This document shows, in pieces, positions 57,426 to 64,000 of a DNA stretch of 64,000 nt (position 1 is its first letter; the number at the start of each line of letters is the position of its first letter). Origin of the DNA: Gemmatimonadales bacterium (lineage in GTDB: Bacteria > Gemmatimonadota > Gemmatimonadetes > Gemmatimonadales > GWC2-71-9). The notes under the pieces were generated by a model that saw only the letters and a list, made by a program, of their open reading frames with translations, was not told where the DNA came from and did no database searches. A program made the translations under genes and the position numbers. The stretch covers positions 32,001 through 96,000 of the forward strand of contig JBFJCP010000004.1 of NCBI GenBank assembly GCA_041615815.1, written 5' to 3'.

Positions 57426-58608
57426 TCGACGCTCCCTGTTGCATCCAGCGCGCTAGCACAGTCCGCTCGTCGGGCGTCATGCCCGTGAGGTTGGCCAGAG
57501 GCATGGTCTGCGTCTCGATGGCGACGGCGCGGATCTGCTCCAGGTGCCGAGAGATTTGCTCGGGAGTGTCGAGAACCACGCCGAGTGGGGCGACGGGGAA
57601 CCCCGGTTGGGTCGGCCTTGCCGAGTGACACGGGGTGCAGCGACGCTGAATGATGTGGTGGACTTCGGCAAACGTCACGGGCTCCTCCGCCTGCGTCCCC
57701 GGTGCGGCGATGCGTGGTGCGGTGACGAACGTGAGGCCCACGATTGCGACGGCAGCGGCGGGCAGGATCCAGACGTGCTGCCGCTGCCGATTCCGGAGGT
57801 TGAAGTAATGGCGAACGCCAACTCCCACCACCGCGAGGGCGGCGAGGATGGCCCAATTATAGGGGTGCCCATAGGTGAACGGATAGTGGTTGCTCACCAT
57901 GATGAAGAGCACGGGCAAGGTCATGTAGTTGTTATGGACGGCACGGAGCGCGGCCTTCCTTCCCAGGGCAGCATCCGGCACCCGCTGCTCACGGATCGCT
58001 CTCACCATCTCCTTTTGCTGTGGGATGATCACGCGGAAGACATTGGCGGCCATGAGGGTGCCGAGCATAGCGCCCACGTGGATGTAGGCGCCGCGGCTCG
58101 AAAAAATGCGGGTCAGCCCAAAGGTAGTGGCTAGGACGAGTCCGAGGGCAGTGAGGGTGAAGGCGAGTTGGGAGTGCACGAGCGACGTGCGGCATAGAGC
58201 GTCGTACACCAGCCATCCACCCGCCAGCGTGACCAGGCTGACCACCACGGCGGCCGCGGGACGCACTCCGGAGACCGATGCATCCAAGAGAAAGGCGTCC
58301 GCTCCCAGATAGTAGATCAGCACGAGCAGAGCGAAGCCGGTGATCCAGGTGGCGTACGCCTCCCACTTGAACCAGTGGAGGGTGTCCGGGAGTCGATTGG
58401 GCGCCACGTCGTATTTGACGACGCGATAGAAGCCCCCGCCGTGCACCGACCACATTTCCCCGCCGACCCCGGGCTCTGGCGCTGCCGGACGTTCGAGGCG
58501 GCGATTCAGCCAGTTGAAGTAGAAGGAGGTTCCGATCCACGCAATGCCGACGATAACGTGGATCCACCGCAGCACGAGGTTGAGCCAGTGAGTAAGGTAG
58601 GCGTCCAC
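57418..58608 (-). CDS. puuD: Urate hydroxylase PuuD (membrane protein with C-terminal cytochrome c)
   Basis: RWIHVIVGIAWIG, WSVHGGGFY, LHWFKWEAY, HNNYMTLPV, MVSNHYP, CTPCH. Confidence 0.95.
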   Translation of the reverse strand: MDAYLTHWLNLVLRWIHVIVGIAWIGTSFYFNWLNRRLERPAAPEPGVGGEMWSVHGGGFYRVVKYDVAPNRLPDTLHWFKWEAYATWITGFALLVLIYYLGADAFLLDASVSGVRPAAAVVVSLVTLAGGWLVYDALCRTSLVHSQLAFTLTALGLVLATTFGLTRIFSSRGAYIHVGAMLGTLMAANVFRVIIPQQKEMVRAIREQRVPDAALGRKAALRAVHNNYMTLPVLFIMVSNHYPFTYGHPYNWAILAALAVVGVGVRHYFNLRNRQRQHVWILPAAAVAIVGLTFVTAPRIAAPGTQAEEPVTFAEVHHIIQRRCTPCHSARPTQPGFPVAPLGVVLDTPEQISRHLEQIRAVAIETQTMPLANLTGMTPDERTVLARWMQQGASID

Positions 58609-58642
58609 GTGATCCCTACACCGAGACGAGCCACATGGGGAT

Positions 58643-58984
58643 TCAGCTTCCTCGGTAGGTCGAGTACCCGAAGGGGCTCACGAGAAGCGGTACGTGATAG
58701 TGTTGCCCGGGGCGTACCAAGAACACCACGTCCACGTACGGATAGAACCCCGGAGTGTCCTCGGCCGCGAAATATTCCGCCACCGCAAACCGCAGGCGAT
58801 ACGTGCCCGCTTGTCGGATGGCGGGCTCACTGAGGAGATCACCCACGCGTCCGTCGGCGTCGGTATGGCGCTGCGCCACCTTGGCCCAACCGCCACTGTC
58901 CCCCATGAGGTAGAGCGTAATCGCCACTCCGGCGGCAGGTTTGCCGGTGGCAGTATCGAGCACGTGCGAAGTGATAGCGCTCAT
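58643..58984 (-). CDS. uraH: 5-hydroxyisourate hydrolase
   Basis: ITSHVLDT, HYHVPLL, C-terminal YRGS. Confidence 0.96.
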   Translation of the reverse strand: MSAITSHVLDTATGKPAAGVAITLYLMGDSGGWAKVAQRHTDADGRVGDLLSEPAIRQAGTYRLRFAVAEYFAAEDTPGFYPYVDVVFLVRPGQHYHVPLLVSPFGYSTYRGS

Positions 58985-59472
58985 GAGTCGACCAGTTTGC
59001 GCAGACGGAGTTCGGTGATTTTGGCCTGCTCGCCGGCGGCCAGGCGGAGTTCGGTCCCGGGATCATTGCGCAGCCGGTGGTAGAGGGCGGTCAATATCTC
59101 CTCACCGCTTCGGCCTGTGGCGCAAATGAGAAAGATATGTCCGAACCGTTGCTCGTACGCGCGGTTGCCCTCGACGAGGGCGTCGCGTGTGTCCGTGCCG
59201 GCGCCGGCCATCCCGGCTTGCTCCTGCTCGGCCCACCCCTTAGTCCCGCGGGCACCGATCCGCGGATGATGGGCGAACGCCTCGAGCCAATCTGCCGGAT
59301 CGAGGTCCCACCAGGTCGTGCCAGCCCGCCGAAAGAGCGTCTCGTCGTCGGGATAAGGTCGCAACGCGAGCATGTGCCGGACCCAGCGGCGCGAGCCGCA
59401 ACACGAGTGGAGCACGTCCCGACACCGGTCGTCGGACAGCGCGTTGAGGTGTTGGGCGACCGTGTCGCGCAT
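58981..59472 (-). CDS. uraD: OHCU decarboxylase
   Basis: CCGSRRW, EAFAHHPRIG, EQEQAG, YEQRFGHIFLICATG, EQAKI. Confidence 0.93.
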   Translation of the reverse strand: MRDTVAQHLNALSDDRCRDVLHSCCGSRRWVRHMLALRPYPDDETLFRRAGTTWWDLDPADWLEAFAHHPRIGARGTKGWAEQEQAGMAGAGTDTRDALVEGNRAYEQRFGHIFLICATGRSGEEILTALYHRLRNDPGTELRLAAGEQAKITELRLRKLVDS

Positions 59473-59477
59473 GTGGC

Positions 59478-60470
59478 CTATCGGTCTTGCGGCCGTCCAT
59501 AGAGTCGAAAGCGGCTCACCCCACCATCCGGGTAAATGTTCAGTCGCACGTGGGTCACCGGTGTCGGAATCTCCGGTGGTTGAAATCGGTGCTGGGTGTG
59601 GCCCTGGAGCGGCGAAGGGGGCAGGAGCGGTAACCAATCCGCCTGCTCGAGCGACTCGCCTTCGGTGGCGGAGAGGTCGCACGCGTCCACACTGCACTGC
59701 GCCGGGTAGTTCCCTTTGAAGTGGGTGGTATCGACGAGGATCTCCTCGACGATCCCCCGTCGCCCCAGACGCAGGACCACCCAATCGTGGCCAGCGTCCC
59801 GTCGCCGACGGGTCTCCCACCCGTCCCCCATGTTGGCCGCCGGTCCGGGCATGAGCAGGTTGAGCGGTTCCGAGAAGAACTCGTCACTGCATGAGAGTGG
59901 CGTCCCGCCGTGCACGGCCGCGACGAGATCTACCGGCGTGCCGGCCGCGAGGATGCGGTCCCAATCCGGCCGGGCGTCGCCGAACACCCGCAACCGGGCC
60001 ACGCCGCCGTCCGGGTAGATGTTGAGCCGCACATGCGACCATCGATGCCCCGCCGCGACCGGGAAACGGTTCTCGGTGTGGCCCTGTAGCGGGGATGGGG
60101 GCACGATCTCGGCCCAGGCGTCCGACTCGTGCAGGGCCTCCTGGGACGCACGCTCCGGAAACGTCCCAGCATCAATCGAGCAAGACGACGGATAATTGCC
60201 GCGGAAATGATTGGTGTCCACCACGATCTCCCGAATCACCCCCGGCACACCGAGGCAGATGATGCACCAATCGAATCCCGGTTCGCGGCGTCGTCGCGTC
60301 TCCCATCCGTCCATCCACTTGCCGCGGTCGGTGAACTTGTCCTCGACGAAGATACCACGGCCGGGTTTGAGGAGGTTTTCCTTGGCGCCGAAGAACTCAT
60401 CGTTCGCCACCAAGGCCTGGCCTCCCAACCGCTCGGCGGCGAGATCAAGGAGTGGGGAGGATGCGCTCAT
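59478..60470 (-). CDS. alc: Allantoicase
   Basis: Two repeats of DEFF..., DGWETRRRR, HVRLNIYPDGGV. Confidence 0.96.
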   Translation of the reverse strand: MSASSPLLDLAAERLGGQALVANDEFFGAKENLLKPGRGIFVEDKFTDRGKWMDGWETRRRREPGFDWCIICLGVPGVIREIVVDTNHFRGNYPSSCSIDAGTFPERASQEALHESDAWAEIVPPSPLQGHTENRFPVAAGHRWSHVRLNIYPDGGVARLRVFGDARPDWDRILAAGTPVDLVAAVHGGTPLSCSDEFFSEPLNLLMPGPAANMGDGWETRRRRDAGHDWVVLRLGRRGIVEEILVDTTHFKGNYPAQCSVDACDLSATEGESLEQADWLPLLPPSPLQGHTQHRFQPPEIPTPVTHVRLNIYPDGGVSRFRLYGRPQDR

Positions 60471-61828
60471 GCCGGCGTCCGCTGCAAGTGTTGTCCGAAC
60501 CGCTCATGCGCCAACTGACCCTCATCGAACACACAACGGCCGCGCAGGAAAGTCTGGTGGACCACTCCCGCCAATGTCCGTCCCTCGTATGGGGTCAACG
60601 GATGCCGATGGTGCAGAGCGGCGCCCCGCACCACGAATTGCTCGTCGGGATCCCACAAGACGAGATCCCCGTCCATGCCGGGCGCGATCTCTCCTTTGCG
60701 GTGGGACAAGCCCGCGAGACGCGCCGGTGCGCGGCAGAGCCAATGCACGAGGTCGCTGAGACCGTGATGATGACCTCGTGCCCCCGTCCACGTGGCCGGT
60801 AGCAGCAGTTGCAGCGATGCAATGCCTCCCCAAGCTCGCATGAAATCGCCCGTCGAGAGACACTTGAGCGCCGGTGGGGACGGTGAGTGGTCCGACGCGA
60901 CGAGGTCGATCGTGCCGTCCGCCAACCCCCCCCACAGCCGTTCGCGGTTCTCGCGCTCGCGAATCGGTGGCGCACACTTGTAGGGCGTAGCACCGTCTGG
61001 GATATCCTCGGCGGCGAACGTGAGATAGTGCGGACAAGTCTCGACGGTGAGCGGCACCCCCTCGCTCCGAGCGGCGCTGAGCATGGGCAACGCGTCGGCA
61101 GAGGACAGGTGGACGACGTGCATGGGGCTTCCAAACTCGCGGCAAAGGCGTATGACCAGATCAATCGCTTCATGCTCGGCGGCTCGAGGGCGCGAAGCAA
61201 GATAGTCTTCGTACCGGCGCACCGTGGCGTTGGCAGCGACTGATTCGGTGGCGGTCGCGATGGGGCCGGGCATTTCCGCATGGACCAAGAGCGGCTGTCT
61301 CCGCTGGGCCAGGTGCGGCAACGCGTGCCGGAGCAGAGGCTCCGACACCTGGGGGAAGTCGTCGATCCCGGAGGGAACGAGAAAGCACTTGCATCCCAAG
61401 ACCCCGGCCTCGAGCAGTCCGTCCAGCGCTCCCCGATTGTCGGGGACCACGCCGCCCCAGAACCCGTAGTCCACAAGGCATTTTCCTCGGCTCTCGTCCA
61501 GTTTGGCCTGAACGGCGGCCGGTGTGGTGGTGACCGGCGACGAGTTGAGGGGCATGTCGACCAGGGTGGTGATCCCACCGGCTGCGGCCGCCGCGGTCGC
61601 GGTGGCGAATCCCTCCCAATCGGTTCGGCCCGGCTCGTTCACGTGCACGTGAACATCCATGACGCCCGGCATCACCACGAGATTGCCGGCATCGACCGTC
61701 CGAACGGCCTTGACGTCCGTGCCGCGAGGGGCGACGCGCTCGATCACGCCATCCACGACGACCACCGTGGCTGCACGGGGGCCGTCCCGCGTGATCACCC
61801 GGTTGCTGGAGAGGGCGAGATCGACCAT
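60467..61828 (-). CDS. allB: Allantoinase
   Basis: HVHVNEPGRTDWEGF, DMPLNS, ETCPHYL, KCAPPIR, SDHSP. Confidence 0.95.
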   Translation of the reverse strand: MVDLALSSNRVITRDGPRAATVVVVDGVIERVAPRGTDVKAVRTVDAGNLVVMPGVMDVHVHVNEPGRTDWEGFATATAAAAAGGITTLVDMPLNSSPVTTTPAAVQAKLDESRGKCLVDYGFWGGVVPDNRGALDGLLEAGVLGCKCFLVPSGIDDFPQVSEPLLRHALPHLAQRRQPLLVHAEMPGPIATATESVAANATVRRYEDYLASRPRAAEHEAIDLVIRLCREFGSPMHVVHLSSADALPMLSAARSEGVPLTVETCPHYLTFAAEDIPDGATPYKCAPPIRERENRERLWGGLADGTIDLVASDHSPSPPALKCLSTGDFMRAWGGIASLQLLLPATWTGARGHHHGLSDLVHWLCRAPARLAGLSHRKGEIAPGMDGDLVLWDPDEQFVVRGAALHHRHPLTPYEGRTLAGVVHQTFLRGRCVFDEGQLAHERFGQHLQRTPA

Positions 61829-62003
61829 TCGCGATAGGATAGACGCCGCCAGACCCCACGGCCAGAGGTCAGGCGCGCGTCTGGGGCCGGACGAGAGCCC
61901 GGCGCGGCCGAGCGACCACGGTGATTTGACCAGACCGGGCCGTAGCACGAAACTCCAGCCAGCGTACCTCGTAGAGTCCGGAGAACCTCGACCCCCCAAT
62001 CTC

Positions 62004-63233
62004 GTGCCAGATCCAGCGCCCGATCTCTCTCGCTTGCGCATTGACCGCGACTCGCCGTCGCCGGCTTCGAAGCGTGCGCTTCGGCGAAGCCTCGTGCTGG
62101 CTGGCCTAGCGCTAGCACTCGTGGCCGCGACGCTCCTGTGGTTCCGCTCTGGTGAAGCGCCTGAGGTCGAGGTGGCCCTGGCGGAGGTGAGTGGGGGTGC
62201 CGCCGGTGGGACCACGGGAATCACGGCGAACGGATATGTGGTGGCCCGCACCAAAGCCTCGGTCTCATCCAAGGTCTCTGGGCGTCTGGCCTATCTCGGG
62301 GTGACCGAAGGTTCCGTGGTCAAACGCGGCGAGGTGATCGCGCGTCTCGAGAACGATGATTACCAGGCCAGCCTGGCTCAATCTGAGGCGGACCTGGCGC
62401 GGGCACGTGCGGCACTGCGGGAAGCGGAGGCGCAACGGGATCAGTTACGGCGCGACCTTGCGCGGGAGCGCGAGCTCCTCGAGCAGAATCTGACGTCGGC
62501 GCGGGAGGTGGAGGATCTGGCGGCGCGCCTCACCGGGGGGGAGGCGCGCGTGGGTGTGCAGGCGGCACAAGTCCAGGCCGCCGAGGCCGGTGTCGGCGTT
62601 GCCCGTGCGAATCTCGAGAACACCTACATTCGAGCGCCGTTCAATGGCACGGTGCTCCGCAAGGACGCCGAGGTGGGTGAGGTCGTGGCGCCGGTGGCCA
62701 CAGGAGGCGGGCTCACCCGCGGGGCGGTGGTGACCATGGCGGACATGGAGACCCTCGAGGTCGAGGTCGACGTCAACGAGGCCTATATCGCGCAAATCGC
62801 GGGGGGTCAGCCGGCGCGCATCTATCTGGACGCCTATCCGAACGAAGCCTATCAGGGGGCGGTGCGTCAGGTGGTCCCCACGGCCGATCGGCAGCGGGCC
62901 ACGGTGTTAGTGAAGGTGAACATCTTGGATCGTGACAGCCGGATCCTGCCCGAGATGGCGGCCCGAGTGGACTTTCTCAACGAGCCCGCCACGGGTGACG
63001 CGCCGGAGCCCGCCCGGATTTTCGTACCTGCGACGGCAGTACGGAGTGACGGCGGCGAGACGGTGGTCTGGCTGGTGCGGGATGGGAGGCTCGAACGGCG
63101 GATCGTGGATGCGGGTCCGGTGTCGGCGGGTCGACGGGAGATTCGATCCGGCTTGTCTGGGGGAGAGCAAGTGATCGTGGCCGGTCCCGCCGATCTCGCA
63201 GAGGGCGGTAGTGTGCGGCCGCGACGGCCGTAA
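62004..63233 (+). CDS. Efflux periplasmic adaptor (MacA-like)
   Basis: TM anchor, ANGYVVAR, coiled coil, IRAPFNG, EVDVNE; GTG start inferred. Confidence 0.88.
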   Translation: MPDPAPDLSRLRIDRDSPSPASKRALRRSLVLAGLALALVAATLLWFRSGEAPEVEVALAEVSGGAAGGTTGITANGYVVARTKASVSSKVSGRLAYLGVTEGSVVKRGEVIARLENDDYQASLAQSEADLARARAALREAEAQRDQLRRDLARERELLEQNLTSAREVEDLAARLTGGEARVGVQAAQVQAAEAGVGVARANLENTYIRAPFNGTVLRKDAEVGEVVAPVATGGGLTRGAVVTMADMETLEVEVDVNEAYIAQIAGGQPARIYLDAYPNEAYQGAVRQVVPTADRQRATVLVKVNILDRDSRILPEMAARVDFLNEPATGDAPEPARIFVPATAVRSDGGETVVWLVRDGRLERRIVDAGPVSAGRREIRSGLSGGEQVIVAGPADLAEGGSVRPRRP

Positions 63234-63252
63234 CTCATCACGGGAGTCACGG

Positions 63253-63924
63253 ATGGCCTTGGTGGAGATTCGTCAACTCAGCAAGTCGTACTATCGGGAT
63301 ACCCAGGAGATCCCCGTCTTCGACGGCGTCGATCTCGACATCGAGGCCGGGGACTTCTTGGCGCTCATGGGTCCCTCGGGAAGTGGCAAGAGTACCCTGC
63401 TCAACCTGATTGCCGGATTGGACTTCCCGGACCGAGGGGAGATCAAGGTCGGCGAGGTGGTGATTACCGGCATGACGCGCCGGGCGCTCGCCGCGTGGAG
63501 GGCCCGCCACATCGGCTTCGTCTTTCAATTTTACAATCTTTTGCCGGTGCTCACGGCCTTTCAGAACGTGGAGCTCCCGCTCCTGCTCACCAATCTTTCC
63601 AAGCGGCAGCGCCGCGAGCATGTGATGACGGCGTTGGGCGTCGTGGGCCTCACAGACCGGGCCGAACACTTTCCTCGCCAGCTTTCGGGAGGACAGGAGC
63701 AACGGGTGGGCATCGCGCGAGCGGTGGTCAGCGACCCGACCATCATTCTCGCCGATGAGCCTACCGGTGATTTGGACGCTGCTTCCGCCGATGAGATTCT
63801 CACGCTCCTCGAGCGCCTGAACAAAGAGTTTGGCAAGACGGTGCTTATGGTGACCCACGACGCCCACGCGGCGGAGCGGGCCCATGCCGTGATGCATCTC
63901 GACAAGGGAGTGCTCCAGGCATGA
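63253..63924 (+). CDS. ABC transporter ATP-binding protein (LolD/MacB-like)
   Basis: [30 protein letters not shown]. Confidence 0.95.
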   Translation: MALVEIRQLSKSYYRDTQEIPVFDGVDLDIEAGDFLALMGPSGSGKSTLLNLIAGLDFPDRGEIKVGEVVITGMTRRALAAWRARHIGFVFQFYNLLPVLTAFQNVELPLLLTNLSKRQRREHVMTALGVVGLTDRAEHFPRQLSGGQEQRVGIARAVVSDPTIILADEPTGDLDAASADEILTLLERLNKEFGKTVLMVTHDAHAAERAHAVMHLDKGVLQA

Positions 63925-64000
63925 AATACATGCGGCTCATTTGGGCCAATCTGCTGCGACGCAAGACCCGCACGGTGTTGACGGTGTTGAGTGTGGCCGT
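63921..64000 (+). CDS. ABC transporter permease (MacB/FtsX-like), truncated by window edge
   Basis: ATGA overlap; [26 protein letters not shown]. Confidence 0.8.
   Translation, partial: MKYMRLIWANLLRRKTRTVLTVLSVA

Noticed and set aside
61829..62272. 601-aa AllB and 524-aa adaptor ORF extensions overlapping each other
   Set aside because: Low-complexity extensions; domain boundaries fit starts at 61828 and about 62004.

Overview
GC-rich, densely coding bacterial chromosome segment; gene content suggests Gemmatimonadota (inference, not verified). I saw no rRNA, tRNA, CRISPR array, phage or transposase. It holds about 55 CDS. Main modules: (i) GCS2 ligase, ferredoxin, bacilliredoxin and YpdA thiol-redox genes; (ii) a signalling locus with a His-less DHp-receiver protein, a broken periplasmic-binding-protein gene and a hybrid kinase, followed by DUF4956 and a kinase-like/Omp85 fusion; (iii) IorAB-type Mo oxidoreductase, peptidases, rmuC; (iv) a Cys-rich MarR with two copies of a palindromic operator, the second heading tiny Cys-rich ORFs; (v) gdh and aceBA; (vi) a ~10 kb sulfur-handling island (SulP divergent from DsrE2, TusA, persulfide dioxygenase, rhodanese, ArsR, 4Fe-4S/NrfD fusion, Tat-less Mo-bisPGD enzyme, TorD-like chaperone); (vii) a purine catabolism supercluster (XDH, DUF6986, PuuD, UraH, UraD, Alc, AllB) interrupted by AmmeMemoRadiSam genes; (viii) the start of an ABC efflux operon. 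Best candidates for undescribed systems are the sulfur island, the MarR operator/micro-peptide unit, the DUF4956 + kinase-Omp85 pair, and DUF6986 as a missing purine-catabolic step. All family calls come from recalled motifs, not database searches.
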